Shown in pieces: positions 13,468 through 24,725 of a stretch of 64,000 bases of DNA. The translations under genes were made by a program, and so were the position numbers. Positions within the stretch are counted from its first letter, which is position 1. Every line of letters begins with the position of its first letter. The notes under the pieces are model-generated. The model did not search any database. It saw only the letters and a program-made list of their open reading frames with translations, and was not told the origin of the DNA. Source of the DNA: Okamejei kenojei (taxonomy: Eukaryota); the NCBI GenBank assembly GCA_035221665.1, contig CM069161.1:21266001-21330000 (forward strand). Direction: 5' to 3'.

Positions 13468-13719
13468 CTGTGGACAGAAACAAAATGCTGCTGTACATTC
13501 ATTTTGATCATGAGATAACTTGACCCATTGCTTTTTATTTCTGTACCAGGGATCGATTCTCCCATTTAAAGCACTCAGCTACAACATGATACAGTATATT
13601 CCACTGCAATCAGAAAGTTGAACTTTTGGAACTCATGAAATTGTTTGGAAAGATAAGACCAACGCAATGCATGTCCAACTCCTAATTTAATCTGAATTTT
13701 AATCTTATTTAATCTGAAT

Positions 13720-13805
13720 AGTCTGAAGAAGGGTTTCAGCCCGAAATGTTGCCTATCTCCTTCGCTCCTTAAATGCTGCTGAGATTCTCCAGCTTTTTGT
13801 GTACT
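13720..13805 (+). mobile_element. Short Penelope-3'-end/hammerhead unit
   Basis: gtctgaagaagggtttcagcccgaaatgttgcctatctccttcgct... Direct repeat actcctaatttaat at 13678-13691 and 13803-13816. Confidence 0.75.
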
Positions 13806-14011
13806 CCTAATTTAATTATCCGTTTGGTTGGAGCATTGATAGCAACAGGTATTCATTAAATACACAAAGTGAACACCTTGTTAGAGAGCAAACTAAGTTT
13901 GTGAATTATCTTACAATTTGCAGTCCAATAAGACTTGTCAGTTTGAATATTTAACAGAAATAATTGATTCACGTCATGTATAATTTTTCATATTGGTGCA
14001 AGCACCACGTA

Positions 14012-14240
14012 AGTTTACACCCCAGCGGTATGAACATTGACCTCCAGTTTCAGGTGGTCCTTGCTATCTCCCTCAGCTCTCCCACAACCTACTGTCCTCT
14101 TCCTTTCTTTTTCCAGCCCCCCCCCACATCAGTCTGAAGAAGGATCTCGAGCCGAAACCTCGCCTATTCCCTCGCTCCATAGATGCTGCCTCACTCGCTG
14201 CGTTTCTCCAGCATTTTTGTCTACCTTCGATTTTTCCAGA
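14012..14240 (+). mobile_element. 5'-truncated Penelope-like element (ORF end + 3' terminus)
   Basis: Begins with the ORF end ttacaccccagcggtatgaacattgac (LHPSGMNID), then a pyrimidine tract, then a mutated hammerhead core at about 14134. Confidence 0.8.
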
Positions 14241-14662
14241 AGTACCACATGTATTTTTTGAATATAACCCCTCTAAAACTTAAAACAAGCAAAATTCCTA
14301 GCATATATTATTATTTTCAAAGTAAATTCCATTTAGAACTTGGGTTTTATTATTGGAAACAAATTCATGATGGCATTCTTGGTGCTAAGAATAGTGGTAT
14401 GCAATCTCCAATATGGATAACATTGCAAATGATACTTTGGCATTTGCTTTCAAGAAATTACTGTATATATAATTATTTTCAAAGTAAACAATATCTACAA
14501 CTTGGATGTGATTATTGAAAGCAAATATTGCTGATTCAATGTCTACATTCTGAATAGCTAAAGATTAGATGTCTTAGTGGTCTGTGATGTAATATGCAGC
14601 TCAATTTATCTGAAAGGGCATATGTTTAGTAACTGGTTGACTAATTACTCCCTATATTAATA

Positions 14663-14996
14663 CAGTAAACCCTTGTTATAACGGATTGTCTGCTATAATC
14701 GAATAAGGTATTATCATAGTATGTAGTTAAAAGAACTGCAGATGATGTTTAATACACAAAAGGACACAGAGTGCATTCTGCTCAGCGGGTCAGGAAGCAT
14801 CTCTGAGGAACATGGATAGGTGACATCCGGACCCTGTGGTGGGTGAAGTTGGGTTCACTGATAAGCCAGGGATGCCATTGGAAACAGTGGCTGCAACTGA
14901 AGGGGGAGGGGGTGCAAATTGGCGGTTGCGATGGACAGTCCGTCCGCTATAACCAAAATCCATTATAAAGGCGTCCGTTAAAACAAGGGTTTACTA
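14663..14996. mobile_element. Tc1/mariner-pogo (Tigger-like) MITE containing a Penelope-3'-end fragment
   Basis: TA|cagtaaacccttgttataacgga ... tccgttaaaacaagggtttacta|TA: 23-bp TIRs with 2 mismatches and a TA duplication. A minus-strand PLE-end fragment sits at about 14730-14833. Confidence 0.8.
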
Positions 14997-15493
14997 TACA
15001 TCTAAAAAACAGTAGCTAACCTAAAAATAATTTCTATGTGTAGCATGGGTAGTGAAACCTTCCTGCTGCTTGGAGTTACTGCTGAATTCTGTACAATGAA
15101 CTGTACCTTTACTTTATAACTCAAAAGAAAACATGAATCCTAAATGTAGCTAACAACAAAAAAAGTAAATACTGGAAGCAATTGGCAAGTCAAATAGCAT
15201 CAGGAGGGAGTCAAACACCCTTCTTCTGAACAAATAAATCCAACTCTACCAGAAATAAACGTAGATAGTATTTGGTTTTGTCGTTAGATTCATTGGTTAT
15301 TTCTTTACAATGAGCATTTGTCAAACATCAACATTTCAATCTCAAACTTTGTTCAAATTCTCTTATCTCTATGAAGCTTCGATTATTTGCCGGAATGCTG
15401 CAGGGATTGGAATACTGCACAAATGTTTTAATGTTTCGTGTTTATCTCTAAAATGTGACAAATTAAAAGGGAAGCCAAAATATTGATGTGCTA

Positions 15494-17150
15494 CAGTGGC
15501 TTGCAAACGTTTTCATACCCCTTGAACTTTTCCACATTTTGTCACATAACAACCACAAACGTAAATGTATTTTATTGCGATTTTATGTGATAGACCAACA
15601 CAAAGTGGCACATAATTGTGAAGTGGAAGGAAAATGATACATGCTTTTCAAATTTTTTTAGAAATAAAAAACTGAAAAGTGTGGCGTGCAAAAGTATTCA
15701 GCCCCCTTTACTCTGATACCCCTAAATAAAATCCAGTGCAACCAATTGCCTTCAGAAGTCACCTAATTACTAAACAGAGTCCATTTGTGTGTAATCTAAT
15801 CTCAGTATAAATACAGCTGTCTGTGAAGGCCTCAGAGGTTTGTTAGAGAACATTAGTGAACAAAACAGCATCATGAAGCCCAAGTAACACACCAGACAGG
15901 TCAGGGATAACGTTTTGGAGAAGTTTAAAGCAGGGTTAGGTTATAAAAAAATATCCCAAGCTTTGAACATCTCACAGAGCACTGTTCAATCCATCATCCG
16001 AAAATGGAAAGAGTATGGCACAACTGCAAACCTACCAAGACATGGCCGTCCACCTAAAACTGACAGGCTGGCAAGGAGAACATTGATCATAGAAGCAGCC
16101 AAGAGGCCCATGGTAACTCTGGAGGAGCTGCAGAGATCCACAGCTCAGGTGGAAGAATCTGTCCACAGGACAACTATTAGTCGTGCACTCCACAAATCGG
16201 GCCTTTATGGAAGACTGGCCATTGTTGAAAACAAAGAAAAAAAAAAAAAAAAACACCCCCCCCCACCCCCCCCACCATAAGAAGTCTGGTTGCAGTTTGC
16301 CACAAGCCATTTGGGGGACACAGCAAACATGTGGAGGGAGGTGCTCTGGTCTGATGAGACCAAAATGGAAGTTTTTGGCCTAAATGCAAAACGCTATGTG
16401 TGGTGGAAAACTAACACTGCACATCAGACTGAACACACCATCCACCCACTGTGAATCATGGTGGTGGGCTGATCATGCTGTGGGGATGTTTTCTTCAGCA
16501 GGGAGTCAAGGAAGATGGTCAGTGTTGATGGGAAGATGGATGAGCCAAATACAGGGCAATCTTGGAAGAAAACCTGTTAGAGTCTGCAAAAGACTTGAGA
16601 CTGGAGCAGAGGTTCACTTTCCAGCAGGACAACGACCCATAATAACATTTAGCCAGAGCTACAATGGAATGGTTTAGATCAAAGCTTATATTCATGTGTT
16701 AGAATGGACCAGTCAAAGTCCAGACCTAAAATCCAATTGAAAATCTCTGGCAAGACTTGATAATTGCTGTTCACAGACACTCTCCATCCAATCTGACTGA
16801 GCTGAGCAATTTTTCAATGAAGAATAGGGCCAAAAATTTCGCTTAGATGTGCAAAGCTGGATAGAGACATACCCAAAAAGATTGCAGCTGCAATTGCAGC
16901 GAAAGGTGGTTCTCTCCAAATTGAGATTGAGACCCAGGGGCGTGAATACTTTTGCAAGCTCACTTTTCAGTATTTTTCAGTTTTTTATTTGTATAATTTT
17001 GGAAACCATGTTATTATTTTCTCCCTTCACAATTAATCGCCAATTTGTGTGGTATATCACGTAAATCCCATAAAATACATTTACGTTTGTGGTTGTAATG
17101 TGTCAAAATGTGGAAAAGTTCAGGGGTATGAAAACTTTTGCAAGCCACTG
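15494..17150 (+). mobile_element. Full-length defective Tc1-family DNA transposon (IR/DR type, Passport/PPTN-like)
   Basis: TA|cagtggcttgcaaacgttttcataccccttgaacttttccacattttg ... caaaatgtggaaaagttcaggggtatgaaaacttttgcaagccactg|TA. About 210-bp TIRs with inner repeats at about 15672-15706 and 16938-16970. Total 1657 bp. Confidence 0.95.
15873..16925 (+). pseudogene. Tc1 DD34E transposase pseudogene
   Basis: ATG AAG CCC AAG TAA (premature stop), then EKFKAGLGYKKISQALNI...KWKEYGTTANLPRHGRPPK, WSDETKME, QQDNDP, SQSPDL..IENLW, ETYPKRL. Multiple frameshifts and an A/C-run insertion at about 16231-16275. Confidence 0.92.
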
Positions 17151-19198
17151 TATTATGACGCATGTGAAGTTAATATCCGTTATAATGATTGAAGTGTGGT
17201 GAGTAATCAGCAATAGTTGGGTATTTTGGAAGGAAGGATATTGATATTTTTCTGGGTCAGGGGCCTTTTCAGACTGATAAGATGGAGCCTCTCATTCTCT
17301 GCACAGCTTCTGCCTGAGCGAGCTGTGACTCCAGCTTTGTGTGTTTTTCTTCAGTTTCCAGCAAATACAGTTCCTTGCGTCTTCAATAATTAACTGCTGA
17401 GACAAATTAATCTCATTATGCACTACTTGTAGGTATCCAGAATAGTAGGATACATTCTTATAATGCAAATGCTTTGCTTTTTTTGTCACAGTTAAGTTGT
17501 TGCATTTTAATATTGTTTGCTGAAAACGATTGCGACAAGCAGATAAATGTTTAGGGTTTTTCCTACCTATTTTACATTGTTGGTGTGCTCTTGACAAATA
17601 AGTGGTAGGGGCGCTCAAATGACAGCGACATTGAATTCTCATCACTGTTTAGAGTTAAATCCGATACTGACCAATTTGAAGATGTTTCAACATTGACAAT
17701 ATTTTGAAACTGAAAATACTGGAAACACTTTCGCAAAACAATATCACCAATGCATAAACTTTTCACTTAGTACTTTGGGAGGAGAAGATGCTTGTGGCCC
17801 ATTGAGGATCGGAGGTGGATGAATGGAGGACTTTTCATATATTAACCTACATGCAGAATCAGAACACGATTATGAAAACCCTCACAGTTGCTTTTTAACG
17901 CTTCTCATCAGTGTTCTTTATCACGCGCATATAAAGCTAATCCAAAATGTTGTCCTTTAATATTTTTCCTAAATCACTTTACTCAATTCCATGCAGGAGA
18001 AAAAAAAATCATTATAAACATAAATGACAAGCCTGGACACAAAATTCGTTCTTCTTGATACGAGGTTATGAGTCATGTCTTTGTACGTGGACATTTCAGA
18101 AAATTCGACTTTTTATAAATGTTTGACCCTCTGCAGCAGCATTAAGGATTGAATTATTTGTAATAGCAGCCCCAAATAATTAAGCTGAACAGGGTGTGAG
18201 CTGCAAAGTGATAAAGGTGGGAGATAGAGGTAGACAAAATTTTGTTGTATCTGTTTCTTCACGTTAGGATATTCAGATGTTTAAAATTTAATAAAATACA
18301 TATCTACACTGAGATAATCTTACCAAAAATATATATTTCATTTATTCTAATCAAAAAATTCTGAAATCCACATATCTGAAGAGTAACGCAAACTCAACTA
18401 AATTTGACTGAAAGTTGCACAATATTACAAAAGGAGACAGTTAAAATTACTAGTGCGCTAATTTTGTATATTTAATATTCTTCTGTAAAATTATTCAAAT
18501 TTTTGTTGTGATGGGTGTGTGCTACGCACCTCCAGTGTAAATCAAACGCTGAGGAGGAACATTACATCCACGATATTAAATATTACCTTTGTATTTTATC
18601 GAAGGGGTAGATCGCAACTCCAATTTTAACACAAAGTTTAAAGGACAGGCTATGAAAATTATATAGTTTATATGCAAATATAGATTATATTGGACACTAT
18701 CAAGAAGTTTAAAGATCACTCGCTAAAAAACTGTAAATACCATTGATTCAATTGATATGATTTGAGTGAAGTACAACTGGTAAACTAGAATGGAGAGTTT
18801 TAGTTAAATGTGATTCTGAATATTTGGTAGGGAGAGGGAATTAAATTACTAAATAGTATACAAATGAGGGATATCTTTTGAATAATTAATTTACAATAAT
18901 ATTACAGATAAATCCATTACTGTTAAAAATCTGAGTATTTGCTATTTTATAAAATCTTGCAGAATTAGAAGATGGCTCATTAATCTTAATATGTACAGCT
19001 CATTGAATATACACAAAATCAACAAATGATTGCATTGGATTGTCGTTAATGGTAAAATTATTTGTGTATTTTACAAAAAATAACTCATAGTATTTACTGA
19101 CTGTAGATTTTATGTAACTGCTTATAAAAAGGCTAGTTAATTATTGCTTGGAATAACTACTAGTTTAAAAAGATTTAATGTTAGGTACAAGCTATTAC

Positions 19199-19317
19199 TC
19201 AGCTAATAAATGAATATTGGGTACAGAACACGGTTGTTCCGTTCTCTGCAGGAAATATTGTTTGATTCGATTGTTGTGAGCTAGGGCAGACAGGAGCACT
19301 GTTACAGACTGAGGAAA
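19199..19317 (-). CDS. hdac5: HDAC5 exon, frameshifted in this assembly: (V)SSVCNSAP[GSG]PSS[P]N...AENG...SVPNIH..AE
   Basis: Minus strand reads tag|TT TCC TCA GTC TGT AAC AGT GCT CCT ... GCA GAG AAC GGA ... TCT GTA CCC AAT ATT CAT ... GCT GA gtaata. It lies in the expected order. Several single bases are missing, mostly from GG/CC runs. Boundaries are +/-2 nt. Confidence 0.85.
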
Positions 19318-20799
19318 CTATATTGCAAACATCAAAAACAAAGAAACTAGCATCAAGGAAACAGCAGTTTCATCAGACTATGGCTTAAATGCTCTAAAGG
19401 AACAAAAAGCATAGTTTTATTAAAACAATGCTATTATTTAGACTTATTTCAAGGGCCAATTTGCTCCCGTTCAATGGAAATAACAAAACAGATACCTTGA
19501 TATGATTTGATAGCTCTACGAGCCTCTACGCTCTCCATACACGGAGCCAGTCGATTAATCGATCATGCTTCGCTGCACTTTCCAACATTTGCCTACCCAA
19601 TTTTTCATGGGTGGAAATCTCACAATTAGCCGAGCCAAAGGCAGATAAAATTCCATATAAGAATATAGCATAACGTTATTGCGAGAATATATGAAGAATA
19701 ATGGGTACTTTCTTGGTTTTATCTAAACTAAGCATAGCATTAAAAAGTGGTAACACGACAGGTAGAACCTCTTTAAATTTTCTCTTATAGGCGATAATTT
19801 AAAGCATTTTCTGAGCATGATATCTAGAGCCTGCCTGAAAACGTATTTGAGTGCGAAGAAACATTGACGCAGTGTTTCTCCCTTTACAGGACATTTGATG
19901 GAAAATAGGGAAAAATCCTCCATCGCCCAGTTAAATCCTTGAGATAGAACTTCATCATTGCATGGCTACTCCTATGATGTTGATTATGGGAAGCAAGTCT
20001 GCATTGGTTGCAATGAGACTGTTCCAACATCCACAGGATGATTTCACAGGGAAGCATGACTGACATTAGTGGAACATTCCGGCAATTACTGAGCCTTGCT
20101 CAAGCTCACATCATTACAAATAAAATTCATGTTTTATCAATAAAAGTTAATTATGATACTTTTCGCTTTAAAATAGAGCAAGATATTAGAACAATCTATG
20201 ATGAGGTATTAAAAACTAAAAATAAATGCTGTCTTGGTTAATTTGTTACTATTTAATACTTAGCTTAAACACTTTATACAAATTCCTGATTGAAAATCGA
20301 CATCAACTGCACCTGAAACATGTTGATCTTAAAGCTGAACAGAGATTAGACTACACAGAACCCACCCAGGATTTGTGGAAGGTTTTAGAAGCTTTATAAA
20401 ATTGAAATGATGTGGAGAATATGTCAATGTTTTTTCTAGCATTTTCTATCAGCATATCCCTTCTATAGTTGCTTGGCATGGTTTTTATATACAAAGATTT
20501 AAAAAAGAAGGCTGGTTCTGTAAAGATTAAATCATTTCTGCACTGTTGTGTTACCTTTTAAAAAACAAAACAAAATAAGGAAAGCTGCTTCTATGGAGCA
20601 TGATTTAACTTGATGGCTGTCTTTATTTCTTATAGCCGCATACATATTCATGAGAAATTCATCTCTCAGTTTCTGAAAGGTGGAAGACCAATGGAAGATG
20701 AAAGTCAGGACTCGTCAGGCAAGGAAGACAAGTGAACTCAGTGAAGTTAATGGGGATGTCTTGGGGATAGTGGCATCACAGTAAAGATGGTGTTGGCAT

Positions 20800-21320
20800 C
20801 GTCCCCTTCCTTATTCTCTAACTTGCCCATCGTCTCTCACAACTCGATCCCTCTCTGCCCCTACCTCTCTCTCTCTCTCTATTGCTCACTCTTTTTTCAT
20901 GGGTACCACTCCTCTATCTCACCCTCTCCAGCCCTCCTTCTCCTTCTGCCTCTCATTCTCCCCTGCTGTAACTCTTTCTAACGTTGGTTTCCATACATTC
21001 CACTTTCTCTCTCGGCACCTCTCTCCCCACTCCTTCTCGCACCTCTATCGTTCTTCATGACTTCCCATTTTTATGCCATCTTCTCTCTCTATGCTCTCTC
21101 TCTTTCTTTCTCTGTCTATCATCCCAACCATCCTTCCTCTCGATCTCTCTCTGTCCTCTTTGCGTATGTTATGCCCCCTTCTCTCCAATACCTTCCCCTT
21201 TCTCGTGCCTGGTTCCTCCCTCTCCTGTCTCTCTCTTCTCCTTCCCTCCCTCTCTCTGTTAACCCTTTGTCGATCACCTTTCTCCACTCCTCACTCTCTT
21301 TCTCCCTTATTCTCTGTATG
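20800..21320 (+). repeat. CT-rich low-complexity polypyrimidine tract
   Basis: About 500 bp dominated by C/T with degenerate (ct)n. It explains the overlapping S/L/P-rich and R/E-rich spurious ORFs. Confidence 0.8.
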
Positions 21321-21332
21321 AAGTTAGATAGA

Positions 21333-22782
21333 TAACTAGGATCTGATCAGGTCTATCCAAGAACACATTGGAAAGCTGGAAGAAATTGAGGCAGCCCTGG
21401 CTAATATGGTGAGGGCCGGAAGACTGGAGGGTGGATAATGTTATGCCTCAATTTAAGAAAGGCAGTAAAGAAAAACATGGGAATGATAGACCAGTCAGTC
21501 TGACACCTGTGACTGGTAGGCTACTGGAAGGGATTCTTGAATAAGATAGATGTATTTGGAAAGATAGGGGTTGATTAGAATTAGTTGGCATGATTTTGTG
21601 TGTGGGAGGTTATTTGTCACAAATTTGATTAGAGGTAGATGTGGGCAGGTTGATAGATGTTTTCTATATAGAGTTCAACAAGACCTTTTAAAAGGTTATG
21701 CATTGAAGGTTACTCTGAAAGGTTCGATCGCATGGAATCCAGGAAGAGATAACTAATTGGCTTGATGACTGGCAGCAGAGGGTAATGCGGAAGGATGTTT
21801 TGTGGATTGGAGTTCCATGACTAGTGATGTGCCTCAGGGGTTGGTGGTGGGCCTACTGTTGTTTGTCGTCTGCGTCACTGATTTGGAAGAGGATGTACAA
21901 GGCATGGTTAGTACATTTGTAGATGACACTAAAATAGGTGGTAGTGAAGGTATAGGTAGATAGTGAAGGTTATCAAGCAATGCAGCAGGGTAAATGGGTT
22001 GAGAATGACAAAGGAGTTTAATTCAGATTAGCGCGAGATGTTGCATTTTGGGATGTGAAATCAGGGCAGGACTTTCATAGTAAATGGTGGGAGCCTGAGG
22101 AGTGTTCTAGAACAGAATGATCTAGGAATACAAGTACATAGTTCCTGAAAGTTGTGCCACAGGTGAACAGGGCAGTGAAGGAAGCTTTTGGCATGCTCTA
22201 AAGGCACCGAGCATAGACTGTAGGAGCTGATGTTGCAGTTAAACAAGACTTTGGTGAGGCTGCACATGGAGTATTGTGTTCGGTTTTGGCCACCCAGAGA
22301 GAGGAAAGATGCCATCAAGCTGGAAAAAAAGTGGAACAAAAGATTTATGAGGATGTAACCAGGACTCAAGGGACTGAATTGGGTGTGTTGGCTGGGATTT
22401 TATTTTTTGGAATGTTGGAGACTGAGGAGTTATCTTTAAGAGGTATGTAAAATTATAAATGGCATAGATAGAGTGAATGCACACATCCTTTATCTCATAG
22501 TTGTGGAATCAAGAACTAGAGGACACAGGTTTAAGTGAGATGGAAAAGATTTAGTAGGAACCGGAGGGGCAGCTTTTTCACAAATTGGGTGGTAGGTACT
22601 TGGAATGAGCTGCAAAATGTAGGGCGATATTATAACAACATTTAACAGATATTTGGATACGTACAAATAGGAAAGGTTTATAGGATGTGGATCAAATGCA
22701 GGCAAATGAGACTAGCAAGATAGGCATTCTGGTTGGCATGAACGAATTGGTTGAAAGACCTCGTTTCCATGCTATATGACTG
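21333..22782 (+). mobile_element. CR1-clade LINE, 5'-truncated and degraded RT + 3' UTR
   Basis: Remnants of RPVSLT (agaccagtcagtctgaca), VPQG.V.GP (about 21829), F.DDTKIG (about 21916) and YCVRFW.P (about 22272). CR1-type 3' end cctcgtttccatgctatatgact. Confidence 0.85.
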
Positions 22783-24593
22783 AAAGGACATGCTAATACA
22801 CCTCTGGTAGATGATTAGCGGCTTGAAGGCTCCATTCCAAATCACATATTCCTGCTGCCAGATATGAAACACTCATTCCTGACCCACCAATGCACTGAAA
22901 ACATATGAATCACAGTGCTTCATGTTTCTAGTGGTACCAGCGTTCAAGATGGGGAAAAAAGGTGGCATCAGCTGGAAAAGCTCAATTGTCTACAGCTCCA
23001 AAGATAATTACCATATTTTGAAATAGCACAATATCAATCTGTTAATGGCCACAGTGAATTGTCCTGACTGAATCTGGAACACCAGGAAGCCAGATGCAGT
23101 GTTGTGGTATATGTTGCAAAGCCACTTAGTGTTAATACCTATCACAAAATAGGAAATAACAAATGGCAGCTATAGCTTCAATGCTGCGTCGGTTATTTTA
23201 GATTCTGAAATTCTAATTCCTGGGGATTGTAAAGAAAGTAAATCTCATGGACAACTCTTAAAACTACCTCATCCTGCACAGTGCCCAAATGTGTGGTCAG
23301 GTCTGGGCTGGGCTGTTCCCCTGGTGGCCAGTCTTAGCAAATGTTTCTCATAGATTCACGTATCTTCGGATTTTTCAGTGGATGCTAAAGCTCTATTCTC
23401 TTATCATGCCACTTCTATTACAGTGCGCATCTCTTTAAATTTCACCAGGTTCCTATATAGATTCCCATTTGTGTGGTCCTAACACTTGTTTGAATCTGCA
23501 CCTAATACTGAGAGTAATAATGGTAAAAGAGCAACATTGTATACAATTTGGAAATAATTTAGAAGCCTGATTGTACTCAAGTTGTGTTTTATGAACAAAT
23601 CAAGAATGGAAGGGAATCTACAACATTAAGATTAAAACACAGATGCTCCACAATACACCAACTACCATTTATCAAGCAGCATTTTTATAACCTCAGTACC
23701 CCGGAATTAGAACATTATCATCTAAATTTCAATTCTATTTATTTGAATGTCCCAATGAAATGGATACATGTAATTTTTTTTACCTTTTGCAGACATAGAA
23801 AGAATGTGGATTTTCCATCACGTTAAAAATCTTTTATTCAATACCATTTAAAGAAATGATTCTCCATACTTTGCACAGAATTCCAGGAATTGGGTATGTG
23901 TGGTTCCCAAGCTCCACCAATTCTACACATTGTGATTAGCTGAGTAATATAGACTAGGAATGTCCCGTCTTTGGTTTCATCATCTTTGGACTAGGGAGAA
24001 ATAAATCATTGAGATTATCACTCCTGCTCACAAGCTGGGACCTCTCTTAGAAGTGTGTATCTACAGACTTCTAGTTAGCACAACATCGAGCCTTTATTTA
24101 ATGTGTCTGGGCAACACAGGGAAGCCTCACAGGCTCCATTGACAGGTTCAATCCCACCGTGGATGCTTTGTATGTGGAGTTTGCATGGAGTCTCCTTATG
24201 ACTCCAAGGGGTTTCCTTAGGTGTTCAGGTTTCTTCCTACATCTCTAATATATGCTGACTAGTAAGTTATTGGCTTCTGTACACTACCCATTGTGTAGGA
24301 TAGTTGTGGGGGAATTATGGGGAGTTAATGAGTACACAAGAATATATTACATGGAAATAAATAAAGCGAAGTATGCTCACAGGTCACACACATGAATATT
24401 GATTTCACAGGTGAGACACTGGAGAGCAATCTACACCAATGGAACCCTACAGATCAATAACATTTTAAATCGGGAGGGGAAATATTAGTAAAATTACAAA
24501 AGTAATGCGAGTAGCTTTTGTCACGTTTCATTCCCAAATTACAAGTAGTTATACAATTATGCTTTGCACACCGTGTTGTTTCTGCAACCTTAC

Positions 24594-24725
24594 CTGTAAT
24601 TTCTATAGCTCTCTTCTTGAATGTGCTAATTATTGTGCCATCTTTCCTCCTCAATAATGGGCTGCTTCTCCTTTCAGCCACTTTCTGTTTTAATCTAGAA
24701 CGCACCTTCAAATTAGGTTCGGAAG
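24594..24725 (-). CDS. hdac5: HDAC5 exon: (A)[43 protein letters not shown], with the first 14-3-3 site serine and the NLS
   Basis: cag acceptor at 24728-24726 and gtaag donor at 24593. 132 nt, phase 1/1. [17 protein letters not shown] is HDAC5-type. Confidence 0.96.

Noticed and set aside
15021-15030. MEF2 consensus site CTAAAAATAA (possible feedback element)
   Set aside because: Expected by chance in AT-rich DNA, and no conservation evidence is available.
20787-21335. Overlapping ORFs of 64-92 aa
   Set aside because: Products of a CT-rich low-complexity tract.
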